Below are positions 35,829 to 50,700 of a DNA stretch of 64,000 nt, one piece after another. Position 1 is the first letter of the stretch; every line of letters starts with the position of its first letter. The notes under the pieces are model-generated. The model saw only the letters and a program-made list of their open reading frames with translations. It did not search any database and was not told the DNA's origin. The position numbers and the translations under genes are program-made. This DNA comes from Hydrolagus colliei (taxonomy: Eukaryota), in assembly GCA_035084275.1 (NCBI GenBank), contig CM068757.1, positions 9,548,001 through 9,612,000 on the forward strand, given 5' to 3'.

Positions 35829-37339
35829 TAGGGGGAGAGTAGATTGGTTAAGTAGGGCGGGGCAATGGACTGAATGGGCTACTCTTGGCTCCTTGGTTCC
35901 AATGGGTTGCAGTTTTCTAGTTTTCTCTTTCATCTGTCTTGGAATTTTCCAGCACTTGCTTTCTGGGTGGGTAAAGGAAACTCAATGGGTAGTTTTTGTT
36001 ACACAGAGAACAATCAACAGCTCTTCTGGGCCACCAGGAAGGGTGGTTAAAGCTGGGATACGGAACTCCTTTAAGAAGTGGGTCTGCTTTGGGATGGGAA
36101 GATGATAGTATTTGTTTTCTGGAAAGTTGTGATCAAATGGTCAGATATTCTCTATTCACACTTCTTTTCATTTTAAATAGGGAGCTTTGGGGGAAACATA
36201 GTTGCAATTGTTACATTTTCAAAGTTCACTGTATATACTAATTGACTCAAGATGAGTTTTCTCAGGGGAAAGAGTTGTACATTTTTGGAATGCAAAACAT
36301 CAGTTTCCATTCACATCTTTTATTTCTTGTAAATGGTGTGATTTTCTCCACATTCCATAAACAATTCCACCTAAATAACTTTGTTATCGGTCTTAAGAGT
36401 TTCTAAATATTGGATAGCCAAGAACTAACATTCTATGATCTGTATTTTACTTTGTACTCTGAATAAACACTACGTGCCTTCAGCTATTACCCCACCAAGG
36501 GTCTGGAACTCCCTTCCTCACTCCCTTTGCCTTGCCTCCTCTTTTCCTACTTTCATGTCTCGGCTAAAGACCTTTCTTTTCGATCACGCTTTTGGTCACC
36601 TTCTTTCCCCTCCCCCTGGCTCGGCTATAACAATAACGGATCCCTCTGGATCCGTTATTGTGAAGCGCTCTGAAACGCTGTCCGGCATGGAGGGCACAAT
36701 ATAAATTCAAGTTGGTGTTGTTGAACTGTACATTGTAAATTTAATACAGATGTGGCGCTTATTTCCAGACCACTGTGAATTTTTTTTATTCCAGGTACAT
36801 TACTGATTTAGTTCAGTCTCTTGTAATTCGGGTGAAGATAAAGGGATTGAATAGATCAACTTAAAGGTCCTGCTCTTAAATATAAATCCGTTCTTGCCCT
36901 GACACATTCTTTGCCCTCTGATCTGCTCCTTCTCCACTCCCCCGCCATACACCATACTTTAATTCACTACTCCCCCTAATGTTTGGAATTCCCTGCCGCC
37001 ATACTTCTGTCTTGCCCCCAAACTAAATTCCACCTTAAAACCTATCTGCAACTCTGCTGCAGTTCATAGCATTTTTTCCCTCACAATCTTTGCAGTTTTA
37101 GGCTTGCATTCTAGGCTGGGACTCCAGTGCAGTGGTGGTGGGGTTGCAGCACTTTCAGAGGTGATGTCTTTGGAGTAAATATTAAACTTGGGTCCCATCT
37201 GAGACAGGCAGGAAGGACCAACGTTTTACATCTTATCTAGGGATGGGAGCTCATCTAAAGGAGAGATGAAAGCCATCCAAAGCCAGATGTACTTCAGAAC
37301 CACAAAGTGACCTTGCTGTCATAAAAGAACAAAGGGAAT

Positions 37340-37550
37340 GACGACAACAACAACAACAACAAATTACATTTATAGAGCGCCTTTCACGTCGGGAAGACGT
37401 CCCAAGGCGCTGCACAGGAGGCGTGTGACCCGAGCTGAGAGGGGAGTGTTTGGGAAGGGGTGAAACACGAAGGGGAGGTCGGAAAATACGGGGTGGAACA
37501 AAAGGCACGATCGAAGAGGAAAGTCTTCAAACCGGCCTTGAAAGAGGAAA
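37340..37550 (-). mobile_element. L2 LINE 3' end fragment
   Basis: (AAC)n tail and 3' UTR matching 28010-28210. Confidence 0.75.
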
Positions 37551-38528
37551 TGACAAACGTGCCATTCACTCAGTGGGGTCCTTCGGGACAGCGGCTCGTA
37601 CATATTGTAATCATTCAGGTTAACGGATCATTCAGGTCATGTTCCTGAGTCTCGGGATTTTCCTGGTACAAATGTTTGCTGCCTTTGACTACAATAACAG
37701 CTCATCAAAGATATTGACTACAATAACAGCTCATCAAAGATCTCGAAAAGAGAAGGGAGTTTCTCCCGATCTACTGAACAACAAAATAAATATTTTGGGT
37801 GATTTGTTTCACGGCTGTGTGTGGGACATCACTGTGTGCAATTGAGCTGCCGTGCCGTTTACTTCATAGTAAATCCTATGACGTCTCTGGAGAGACAATC
37901 TCCAGACGTGATAAGATGCTATGGAGCACTGTAACATATTGGTTAGAACACTCAGCCCTCCCGTGAGGACCTGGGTTTGATTCCTGAGCTGGGCAAAACA
38001 TTAGGCGAATTTCCTCCCTTCACACGGCTCTGTTTATCCAGCAGTAAGAAGGAACCCAGTTGCTAGTTGATCAGCGGATTGCTTATTTGGGCGTAATATT
38101 CCCCTAAAAAGAAATGTGTTCACTCAATCCGTGAATGTTTGTGGGACACTCCGGTGCGCAATTGGCTGTTGCGTTTCGCCTGCAAAATATACAGTCGATT
38201 CACTGAACAGTGTAAGCGCTCGGAGACGCCGCGCGGCCTGGAGGGCGCTCTGCAGATCAAAGTTGTTGTTGTTGTAGTCTGCGCAGTGCTTTCAGACATG
38301 TCAAAGAGGTGATAGGCTGCTAATATCAAATACAACGATCATTGAATGCATCAAATGCAAGTATTTTACTTTAACAATCACACAATTAGTCAAGATGACC
38401 CGTGAGACGCTATTGGTCCCTTTCACCAGCCCTCCTGACTTCACACAAATGACGATAACTCGGGATCTGTGTTCGCAGCTTAAAGCTAATCTGCTGTGAA
38501 CACAATGATAGCGTTAAACACCATCCCT

Positions 38529-38537
38529 TTCCGAGAA
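38529..38537 (+). promoter_or_regulatory. GAS-like STAT site TTCCGAGAA upstream of leader copy 3
   Basis: Matches TTCN3GAA, about 85 nt upstream of the ATG at 38623. Confidence 0.35.
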
Positions 38538-38622
38538 ATCATACACCAGTGAAAGCACAGCCCCAGTCAGTTCGGCTGGAAGCTGGAGAGAGAGAGAGAG
38601 ACAGACACAGAGAGAGACAGAC

Positions 38623-38722
38623 ATGTTGAGGGGGACAAACTCGGCTATAATGTCCTCACCCGGTGGAGCTGCCAGGGCGCTGACCCTCGTCCTGATCCTC
38701 GGGGCTTGGATTGCAGGATCAG
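38623..38722 (+). CDS. Gene B leader exon MLRGTNSAIMSSPGGAARALTLVLILGAWIAGS
   Basis: ATG at 38623, donor g|gtacag at 38723; nearest leader upstream of the V exon. Confidence 0.75.
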
Positions 38723-41700
38723 GTACAGAAAATGCGCAAACGTTAGACTGATTTGCTGCTGGATCCCACCGCTGAGCGAGACACAGAGACACACCGCTAA
38801 CTGGAGGCTGCCCTGGGGTGGGGGGGACACAGCCTGAAGGGTCTGTGTTTGGGGTTTAGCTGATAAACAGTGACCGCCGCCCAGCGCATCAATCAGTGAG
38901 TGGCCCCTTTTCGGGGGTCTCTCCATTCTCTCCCCACAGTGGGGTTTACCCTCCCCCCCCCCCCCCCCACCCCCCCGTTATTTCAGTGGTCAGCAGCGCA
39001 AACAGGAAGCGTTTTGGAGCTGGGGCAAGGAACAGACATTTTGTAATCGCAGTTTCAAATTTGCTCTATCAGCAGTTGGCTACCAGGTTAACATGGAGGG
39101 GAAATCGGGTGGGGTTTTTAACTCAAAGTTCAAGAGAGCTCTCTGCAGCCTGTGTAAATTGGGTTGTTGTGATGGATACTGTATAACATGAAGTTTATGT
39201 GTTAAGCGCCGGGGCAGGTGCATTGGAAAGATTGAAGAGCCCAACCCTGTGAAACGCCTCCCAGTTTGAGAGAAACTTACATAAGAATTAGGAGCAGGAG
39301 TGGGCCATTTGGCCCCTCAAGCCTGCCCTGCCATAACTCTAATTAACTGCTCGATCCCCATATCCCCTAATCCCTCTAGTTTAAAAAAATCTATCAAGTC
39401 TCAGCCTTAAAAATGTTCGAGGACTGAGAATCTATACCCTCTGAGTGAAGACATGTTTCTAAAAGGCTGATTCATAATTTTAAGACTATGACCCCTCTGG
39501 TTATAGATTCTCCTACCAGGGGAAACAGTCCCTCATTGTCTACTTTATCCAGCCCTTTAAGAATCTTATAAGTTTCAATAAGATCTCCCCTAATTCTTCT
39601 GTACACTAACATGTCGTTCGCCTTCTTAGTTGCTTGATGTACCTGCAAACTAACTTTTTGTGACTGATGTACAAGGACACCCAAATCCCTCTGAACACTA
39701 ACACTGTCTATTCTCTCCCCTTCTAGAAAATAATCTGTTTTTCTATTTTTGCTACCTAGGTGAATAACTTCACACTTCCCCACATTAAATTCCATCTGCC
39801 ACCTACTTGCCCACTCCCCTAGCCTATCTATATCCTGTTGCAATCTTTTTGCATCATCCTTAGAGTTTACTCTCCCACCTAGTTTAGTGTCATCCACAAA
39901 TTTAGATACGTTACATTCAATGTCCTCGTCTAGATCATTGATGTAAGTTGTAAATAGCTGAGGCCCAAGCACTGATCCTGGTGGCACTCCACTAGTCACA
40001 TCCTGCCAATTCAAGAATGACCCATTTATCCCTTCTCTCTGTTTTCTACCCGTTAGCCACTCTTTCAATCCATGATAATATGCTCCCATTAATCCCGTGG
40101 GCCTTAACCTTGCGCAATAGCCTTTTATGTGGCACTTTGTGAAATGCCTTCTTAAAATCTAAATATACTACATCTGCTGGTTCTCTCCTATCTAACCTGC
40201 TAGATATATCCTCAAAAAAACTCTTAACAGATTAGTTAAGCATGACTTCCCTTTTGTAAAGCCATATTGACTCAGCCTAATCTTGTTATGGTCTTCGAGG
40301 TATCCCATAACGACATCTTTAATTAAGGATTCAAGAATTTTCCCTGTCACTGATGTCAGAATAACTGGTCTATAATTCCCCATCTTTTCTCTCCCACCCT
40401 TCTTAGATAGTGGAGTTATGTTTGCAATCTTCCAATCACTGGGAACCATTCCAGAATCCAGAGAATTTGGGAAGATCAAAGACAAACCACCCACTATTTC
40501 AGTAGCCACCTCTTTTAAAAACCCTAGGATGTAGGCCATCGGGTCCGGGGGATTTATCAGTTCTTAGACCTGACAATTTACCTAAAACCAATTCTTTACT
40601 AATATTAATTTCCCTAAGTTGCTTGCTAACATTGTGTTCTTGGTTCCCCTCTATTCTTGGTAGGCTTTTGGTGTCTTCTAAGGTGAAGACAGTAGCAAAG
40701 TACTTGTTTAATGACTCTGCCATGTCTATGTCCCCAATTACAATTCCCCCTGTCTCTGCCTGTACGGACCCACATTTACCTTTGATAGCTTCTTCCTCTT
40801 TATACATTTGTAAAACCTCTTGCAGTCTGTCTTTATATTCCTTGGTAGTTTGCCTTCATATTCCATTTTCTCCCCTTAATCACTGTTTTGGTTCTCCTTT
40901 GTTGATCCCTAAAGCTATCCCAATCCTCGGGTTTACTACTCATCTTAGCTGTTTTATAGGTTTCTTCTTTTAACTTGATACTTTCCCTAACTGCTCTAGT
41001 TAGCCATGGCTGGACCACCCGTGGCATTCTTATTCTTCAAAGGAATATGTGCTCACTGGGAATTTTGCATTATCTCTTTAAGCGTCTGCCATTGTTGATC
41101 TACTGTCAAATCCTTAAGTCTAATGTCCCAGTCTATTTTAGCTAAATCATCTCTCAAATTTTTCACTCTCTCAGCTGCCACCCAGAGGCCAATTGTTAGT
41201 GTGTCCTGGGGCAGTCATGTAAACTTGTACAAGGTGAGGAAAGTCACATGGCAGCCAAGAAAATAGTGAAAATAACCAATTAAGCATTTATCAACAACAA
41301 ATTACAATTGTATAAAACCTTTAATGTGGGGAGGATATCACAAGGCACTGGGCAAACAGGATTTTGACCAAAGTAGGGGTTGGGATCAGTACAACAACAA
41401 CAATAAAAGTACATTTATAGAGCACCTTTCACGTAGGATGGACTTCCCAAGGCGCTGAACCATCAGATCGGGACCCGAGTAAGGGGGGAAGGGTCAGGGT
41501 AGGGGTAAGGGGATAAAGAGTAGCAAAGAGAAGAGAATTAGGAGGGCAGCAGAAGGCACGGTTGAAGTGGAAGGTCTTGAGACCGGCGTTGAAGGAGGAA
41601 AGGGAGGAAGCGAGGCGAAGGGATTGCGGGATGGAGTTCCAGAGTGTAGGGGCAGAGAGGCTGAAAGCCCGGCCACTGATGGTAAGGCGGTTCGAGCGGG

Positions 41701-44700
41701 GGACATGGAGTAGGGTTGCAAAGCTGTGAATGGCCTTGAAAGTGAGGACGGGGATCTTGAATTAGATCCCCTGGGGGATGGGGAGCCAGTGGAGGCGGGC
41801 GAGGGTGGGAGTGATGTGGTCTTGGAGCTTAGTACGGGAGAGTACATGAGCTGCAGAGCTCTGAATAGTCTGGATCTTGTGAAGGGAGGAGCTGGGAAGG
41901 CTGATGAGGAGAGAGTTCCCGTTGTCAAGCCTTGATGTGATCAACGTGTAAACAAGCGTTTCAGCAGCTTGGGGGGTGAGGCAGTGGTGGAATCTGGCAA
42001 TGTTGTTGAGGTGGTGGAAGGCAGTTCCGGTCATGGTGCAGATTTGGGGGAGGAAGGACAGTCCAGGATTGAACAAGACGACCAGATTTCTGACTGACTT
42101 TGAGAGATGGAGAGTACAGCCTTGGTTGGATGCTTTTGTTGCCAGCGCCTGAGGTGTGGAGGTGCTGACACGAGCCAATTAGGAGGGCCTCCGGCTTGTT
42201 GACATTTAGTTGGAGGAAGTTGTCCCTCGTCCAGGAATCAATGTCAGACAGACACGCAGTCAGAAAGCCAGTAGTCCTGGAGTTGAGGGAGGAAGCGGAA
42301 AGGTAGAGTTGGGTGTCATCCGCATACATGTGGAAATTTACCTCATGTGTTCGGATGATGTCACTGAGGGGGAGAATGTAGAGGGTGAAGAGGAGGGGGG
42401 GGGGCAAGGACAGAGCACTGAGGGACGCCACAAGACGTGCGAGGGCTTGTAGAGTGAGTGATTTGAGAGGAAAGAGCGGAGCTGGGAGGCAACTACTCTT
42501 TCAAGGACAGGAGGAATGGAGGTCAGGGAGGACAGGGGTAAAATGGTGACCACAGGCGTGGTTGAACAAGGAGGGTCTTGAGTCTTCCCAAAGACAGCCC
42601 TGGTCAAAATCTCAAACCACATTCTTAACATCTGATGAGCAAAGTCACATGCGCAGCCAAGGAAATTGGGGAAAATATCTTATTGAGAGTTTCTCCACAA
42701 TCACGGCAACTTACCGTGTATGTAACGTGCTTCAGGAGGGTGGCATCTTGGAGCACTTGACAGCGGCAAGATTTCACGCCAACCTGGAGAGAGAGGGGGG
42801 GTGACCGAAAGTGCGGTCAAAGAGAAAAGTCTTCAATTGCAATTTGAAGACGGACAAAAAAGAGTTGAAATGAAGGGATTGAGGCAGCAAACTCCAGAGG
42901 TTCGGAGTATAATGGCTGAAAACACGGCCACTATATATTCAGTTGAGGGGATGAGGCCGTGCAAAGTGACTCAGTTGAGCTATGGCAGTCGGTAGTGGAG
43001 TGGGTGTGCGTAAGCAGATCGCAGAGGTCGGGAGGGATCAGGGTCGGAATTGATTTGCATGTGAGAGGGAGGATCTTGAAATCGATCTGTTCTGCAATAG
43101 GCAGCCAGTGGAGTCTTGCAGGGACTCGGGTAATTGGGGTGCAGAGTCTCAAATGGGTGAGGACATGGGCGGCAGAGTATTGCCTCAACCCGTTATTCTC
43201 TGGATAACCTTCAGGGTACAATTCCATAGGCACAAGCTGTGCATCAGTGCTCTGCCCAAGGGGTCCATTAATTGCAAATGCACACGAGCATGCTGTTTAA
43301 CATTCACCCCTTGGTGTTGTCAACAAACGCATGGGTAGGACTAGATTCTCTTTCTACAATATTCTTGAAGCAGTAGCTCATCCCAACCTATGAATTTTAA
43401 CCTGCTTCTAATCTCAGATAATCAAACCTGCTATTCTGGTGTTTAAAATGCTCAGTTGTCATCAATGTTTTGGAATGCCTGTTGTTTTTACACAGATGCT
43501 TTGGAGATGACAATATTTAAAGAGCCATTGGAGGTCTTATTGAATGAAGATGTTGTCCTCGAATGTAACGTAACTGGCTTCACTGAGCAGGTTCTCAACC
43601 TTGATATTGTTGCTGTTGAGTGGAATTTGGGCTCCAGTCAAGTCTATTCATTTAATGGAGGGGACATTAGTGCAAAAAGAACAGGAGCAAAAATAATGAG
43701 AGAAAACTTGAAGAGTGGAGATGCCTCACTACATCTCCCGAAGGTGCAGATTTCCGATGAGGGCTATTACACGTGCATTGTTTTTGTGACCCCAGAAAAA
43801 GTGGAAAAGCGTTCGTCCATTGTGGTGCTCGGTAAGTGCAGTGAAGCATCTCACGGGGTGTATTGTGCGGTTTGTAATGGTATATTCATAAGATCGGTTG
43901 AGATGAATCTGGTTCTTCAGGCCATCTGAGTTTATCCATCCAAACTTCCCATCCTTCCATCAATTCATCAGGCTATTTTAATGTCCTGGCTGCAAGCACC
44001 CTGCAAGCAAACTGTTCCAGTTATTAATCTTGTGGAGTCCTGTAGCTCAGTGGTTGGGCCACTTGCCTTGCAAGCAGGAGACCTGGGTTCGATTCCAGGC
44101 AGGGTGAACCTTGCGCCAGTTTCTTTACTCCACACGCCTGATAATAATCCCTCAAAAAAAATTGGTCAATTCAATCTACATCTGTTTGTGAGACACTCCT
44201 GTTTGCAATTGGCTTATCACCCACAAAATATACAGACAATTCACTAACAGTATATTCTGTGAAGTGCTTTGAGATGCCTGGAAGACGTGAAAAACCATGA
44301 TATCAAATGCAAGGATTAATCAGACCTTAGATAAAGAAATACTACCTGGTGTCTGTCCTGAAATTGTCCTTTTCAATTTGTTGTCAGACTCCACAACTGT
44401 GAGGCGCTCTGGGTTGCACTCCTTTGTGAAGTGCACTATACTATGAAAAGGCAAGCTGTTGTTGTTAAACCTATTTCCTCTTGTTCTACCAGCTGGATAC
44501 ATAACATTTAGTTTTGGCTTTATTTTTTCAATCCCATTTGAAATGTTTTCTATATATTCCGCTCAGCGCAAGTTATTTTGACATCTCTCAAGACGGAAAA
44601 GACTTCAGATTGTCTCATCGTTGCTCCTAGCCATGGACAATAGAATTTTGCAGAAATATTTGCCCCAAATTGGGGGGTATTTCGGCTTATGATGCAAGGG

Positions 44701-47700
44701 AATTTGGCAAATTTGTGAAAAATTGCAAGGATTTTTGCTATTGAGAGGTACATAGCAACAATGTACTGCCAAGCCATTTTGTTCACTTCATTGATTAAAA
44801 ACTACAGATAAAGAAACAACAACAAAAACAATTTGCATTTATACAGTGCCCTTCACACTTGTTAGCATCCCTGAGTAATCCCAACGCAGGCTTGAATGGG
44901 GAAATGGGCTTTGCTCATTCCCGAGGCCCCGCTGTTGTGACTGTGGGTGTCGCTCTCTCTCACCTGAGTGTGTGTCCCTCTGTGAGTATGCGTCTCAGCG
45001 TCTGTGTGTGTCAGTGTGTGGTGGCGAGCCCCGAGAGGCAGGAGGTGGTGATCTCCTGGAGCCCCCACCCCCAAATCGAGTGGGTCACCCAGGCTTGTTA
45101 AAGGAAGCATTTTTTTTGGCAGCAATTTAACATGTGTTATTTCTTAATGTTTCGTTTTCATCAATGAAATGTAATAATGTAGGTTGGCAGTAAAATATGC
45201 CTCAATAGCACCAATCAATCCCCCGCAGCCCTGCAAATTTCCTCGCAATTTTGGGCAAATATTTGCACAATTTTCTATTGGCCTTGATTATGATAGGGTA
45301 AATAGTAACATGTTATTTCCACTGGTTGGTGAACCAGTAACAAGATAACACAGGTTTAAGCTAACCACAAGAAGAATGCTGGAGATGTACACAATTAGGA
45401 GAGGTTTTTGACAGTTCAAATGGGAAGAAACATTTCCATGAGTTGGGGTGTCAAGTGACTAGGTAGTATAAGTGTCATAAGATGAGTGATAAGAGAGGTT
45501 AGGCAAACATTTGTCACTCCGAGGTGTTGGGGTGTGGAATAGACTGCCACGGAAGGTGGTAAGAGTCATAACAAGAGTAAAAAGCAGAGTCCATTGTGTT
45601 TCCAGATGTTAATATGGGAGGCTTGAAGGGGTTGGGAGAAAAAGAAAACGCAGTGGAATTCAATGAAAAACATGAGTTGAAAGCTAGAGAGAGACTTGAT
45701 GGGCCAAATGGCCACCTTCCGTAATGCAAATTGATACGATTCTGTGAATTGAAGGGGAGGGTAGAAAAAACGTTTCACCAACCAGCTGCTGTGATGTGGA
45801 ACTCTCTGCCGTTATCCATTCTTGAGGCAGAGTCCGTAAATTCTTTCTGATGCGGGATTAGATGCAACAGCTTGTAATTATACAGCACCCCTTGAGCATG
45901 GTAGCCTCCCAGAGCGCTCAAAAAGAGGAAATTTGTGGGAGTGCAAAGGAAAGTGGCATTAGTTGTGTTCATGGTAAGTAAAGCAGCAGTGCATTTGATG
46001 GATGATCGACCTGTTTCTTGCCTGTAACATTCTATCAGACATTTACACAACTTGATAAGGTGCTCTATCAAATGCAAAGATTATTATTTCACAATATTGT
46101 CTTCCAGTTTGCACTCATGAGCCAAATCATCTTTTGTTTGCCCTTCAATTCCCACTCTCCCACCATCATAATTATCATGTCCAAACGAAATATTCCTACA
46201 GTGTGTTAACCACAAAGCTCAGTTAAAACACATTGATTAGCGTAATTGTAATTAACCTCTCTGCTTAAGCAAGCACTGTTACCACTTAAAATTTCTTAGA
46301 TGAACTAGCAATAATTTCTAGGTCTGCAGTACCTCGGGATTTCTAAAGATGAGGTGCAATTCCTGGTTTCCCGTTGCTGAGGCTGGAGTAAGTATGTATG
46401 TTGTGGGGAGAAGATAAAAATGCTGCTCCAACGAAAATATTAATACAGAGCACTTTTGCGATCTCTACAGCTAAGCCAAAGGTTATCTTGTCTCCACATC
46501 ACATCAAAATCAACAATGGTTCAGAGGCCACTTTGACGTGTGATGTTAATGAATTTTACCCTGAGATGCTCAAGATCAGCTGGGTCAAGGTATCGCATGG
46601 TGCGGAGATGCAAATTACAACAGGTATCTTGACACGAGATGTAGTTACCAACAAGGACAGCACGTTCAGTGTTTCCAGCAAGTTGACAATCAGACCAACC
46701 GTGGACGACAATGGTAATCAGTACAGGTGTGTGGTGCAGCACAGAACATTCAGTGATACTCTTACACTGGAGACAGAGCTGACTGTGGTGATTGAGAATC
46801 CACAGGAACCTGCAGGATATGGACCTGGAGCTGTTATTGGAGGTGTAATCGGTGTTGTCCTGATGGTGATTGTGGTCTTTGTTTTAGCGGCACTTTACTT
46901 TTGGAAGAAAACGAAGCAAGGTAAGGATCTTCACAGCCCTAAACAACAACGGCAGACGTGGGGGTGATTTATTATACACTAAATGGTCTTGTGCACATTT
47001 TCTATTAATAGAGAACAGTCAGCTGACACTTGATCAACTGAAATAGATATTATCCTAATGACAGGCAAAAAGTTTATGTCGAGGCCTCTGCTCTCTGGGA
47101 CATTTACCTGAATCTTTTCTAAAGACTTACCTGCTTGATCGTGCTTTTGATCACGAGCAGCATTCCCTGCTTCCTCTTGCCACCTCACTCAGTGATCCAC
47201 ACTGTAAAGTACTTGTAAGGTACTTTGAGATGACATCAAAAGATACTGCATTAGGGCAAATTGTTGTTATAACTGTGGTGATCATTACCCAGGTTTCTTG
47301 AGAGAATTAGAATATTTGATGTTACTTTTTGTATGTTCCACAGCTCCTCCCAAGATCAATGAAATCAACAAACCCACTCGCTTTATACATGGGCAGCGTG
47401 TCGATCTGAGATGGGAAGTGACTGGTTTCAAACCAAAAGAGATAGAGATCATGATATTACTGACGAGGAAAGGAAAACAGCCACTGGAGCTATTTGTCTG
47501 GAAATTCACAAAGAATAAAAATGAAGGTCAGGTTGAAGAAGGTTTTCATCTCCTGAAAACAAAAAATGGATCTGACGGGGATAATTCGTTCTCTGCTGAC
47601 ACCCCACAATGTGATCAGCTCGAAAAAGGGACCTTCAGGGTAAGGTGTCACTTATGGTTCTGTCCTGATGTATCTGAGGACGATGGAGCTCAAATAACAA

Positions 47701-50700
47701 TGCAAGTTCATCACAAGGCTCTGAAACAGCCTCTCAAAAAATCTGTAACATTAGATGTTGAAGGTAAGATTTGCATTGTGCACCTCCCTACCTCCACCTA
47801 ACCACACCCACATGTCAATGTGCAAACAATGGCAAGAAATAAAAACATGGAAATCCGGGGTATTGATCCTTTCTAATAATAAAAAAAAAAAATTTGGTCA
47901 CTCAATCCAGAATGACAGTGTGAAATTGGCTGCCGGGTTACGCCCATAAAATATGCACTCAATACACTTTACAGTGTATTCTGTTGAGTGCTTTGAGACG
48001 TCTCAACAGTGGGATAAGGCACGATATCAAACACAATAATTATTATTATAATTAGAGGAAACAAGGTTATTCACCCCATCGAGCCTATACTGGTGGTCAC
48101 TCATCCACTGGAGCTATCTCCCTGTATCCCAATTTTCTACTCTTCCCGCTTACCCAATGATGAGCTGCTTCAAAACCACTGCAACATTGTTGAGCTCCAA
48201 GAGTTACCTTATGCCCAGTAACCCTGTGTGGTCAGTTGACAGATTGACTCAGTTGGTGACGCTCTCTCCTGTGGGACAGAAGGTCGTCAGTATTTCAATT
48301 GGCATCTGAAAACCTGCCCTTCACCTCTGGCTATATAGAAGCTACCATAATCTCTGTCACTCTTACTGTGTGTCACTCTCTCTTTCGTTCCCTCTCAGCT
48401 TCGGAGAGAGAAGAGAATAGATTGAGAGGAGAAACAAAAGGGGAGAGAGAAGAGAGAGAGACAGGGAGGGAGAAAGAAGAACACATAAAAACACGGACAG
48501 TTTGTGTTCATACAACGTTTATATGAACATGGAAGTTCTCAGACAATAATAGCCTTGCACATGACATATCACCTGATCATGCCTTTGAGACTTCACAGAA
48601 TAAACTGTAAACAGAGGAATGTGGAGTAAGGAAACTTGCACAATATTTCGCCTGCTGGAAATCGTACCCAGGTCTCTCGCTTATGAGCTACAGGACTCCA
48701 CAGAATATACTGTAAAGCAGATTGATTGTGTAATTTGTGTGCGACGAGCAGCAGCCAATTGTGCACAGCAGTGTCACACAAATAGTCATGGATTAAGTGA
48801 CCAATTTATTATTTTAAAATATTTTTGAAGCAATTATTATCCCTGAAGTACAATCTGAGAATCTACTAATAACCAGGTTCCTACATACAGATGGGTAAAC
48901 AGAGGCGTGTGGATCAAGATAATTTAAGGCCCACCATTTCCAGGAATCAAACGAAACCTGAGGTTGAAGTGCGAACGGAATCCAGGGGATCAATGTGAGA
49001 CCCCAGTGTGAGCCCCTAGATTGATTTTATGATTTGTAACTGGACACAGTGTGGCCCGTTGTAGAATTACAGCATAATGTTAATAATGTTTGTGGAGTCC
49101 TGTAGCTCAGTGGTTAGAGCACTCGCCTTACAAGCGAGCGACTTGTGTTCAATTCAAGCATGGTGAAACCTTGGGCAAGTTTCCTTGCTCCACATGCCTG
49201 ATAATAATCCCTCAAAAAAAAATTGGTCATTTTAATCCACAATTATTTGTGGGGCACTGCTGTGCGCAATTGGCTGCCGCAATTCACCCACAGTTAATTC
49301 ACTTTACAGTATATTATGTGCAGTGCTTTGAGATGTCTTGAAGACGTGAGAAGCGCTATATAAAACACAAGGATTATTATTAATAACATGCTACTTGTGT
49401 TTACAGCTCCTCCCACGATGATTGAAATCAACATACCCTCTGGTATTGTGCACGGTGTCAATGTGCCTCTGACATGGGAGGTTAATGGCTTCAACCCACG
49501 GGCCATTGTAATTGCTGTATTGGTGAAGAGGAAAGTGGATCAGGAAGCAAAGCAACTGTTTGATTGGCAGATCCCAGAGAAAGAAAAGCAGCCAATCCCA
49601 CATGATATTAACCCCAGCATTGCTACACAAGTTAACTCCTTCACTGCTGAGGTGGCGACGATTGAAAAGACAGATAAAGGGACTTTCAGTGTGAAGTGCA
49701 GCGTTGCCATGTGTGCTGATGTAATCAGGGATAATGATGCTGAATTCACTGTTGAAGTTAAACATCAGGCTGTGGATAATCCTCTCACTAAAGCTATAAC
49801 ATTATGTGTCGCAGGTAAATTCTACCTCTGTATTTTCTCTCTCTCTCTGGTGCTAATATGTGTGTTGAAGTGCAGCATGCTGCTGTGTGTGTCCCTCTAT
49901 GCTACAATAGTTATTTTTGTTTGTGACAGTGACGTTCTATCACATAGACATCTGTGCCGACAGCCACCCCCCTTCCCCTCTCTATCCAGGCTCAGTGGAT
50001 GACTCTGTCACTTTAAATCGCTCAAACACATTAGCTGAAGTGAACAATGCCATACTAATGCATGTTATTGCTGTTGTGTTTGGGGGCAGCTCTGTTGCAG
50101 GTTGATGGGGAGGTGATGGGCTCTGTGGTAACAGTCCAGCCCAACATCAGCCTGAAATCTCATCTGTTTTCTTGAGAAACTTAAACAAATCGATTTTGAG
50201 ATCCTCAGACTTGCCTACAATTCACTTCTTGCTCTCACACCTCGCTACCTCTCCAATCTGCAAACACCCACTTCTCAACCCACTCCATTCGCTTGCTCAA
50301 ACCTTTGGCATCTTCCTTGACCTGTCCACGAAACTATCGGCAGCCAGGCATTCAACAACGATACCCTGAACCTCTGAAACTCCCTTCCCCAAACTCCAGC
50401 TCGCCCTCCATCTCCATCAATCATTGGATCACAGCTGAAGGTTCTACTCTCTGACCATGTCTACCATCACCTCCCCTCTCTCCCCAGCTCAGTATCAAAC
50501 TACAATATTGCGAAGCTCATCAAGACGTTACCCTGCATGAAAGTTGCTATGTTAAATGGAAGTTGCTATTGTTGAAAGAGTGTGTAACTCTGTCTGAAGC
50601 CTTGCTGCAGATTCTCATTGTAAATTGTGTGTGAGGCTGTGTGGTGTGTCCTGTAACTGGATTTAATCTTTACATGATATTTGTGTTTGTGTTATAGCTC

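Noticed and set aside
46398-46470. N-terminal parts of the listed ORFs upstream of the AG acceptors (and C-terminal run-ons such as GKCCLCLVS)
   Set aside because: Intronic read-through; the true exons are bounded by the AG/GT sites given.
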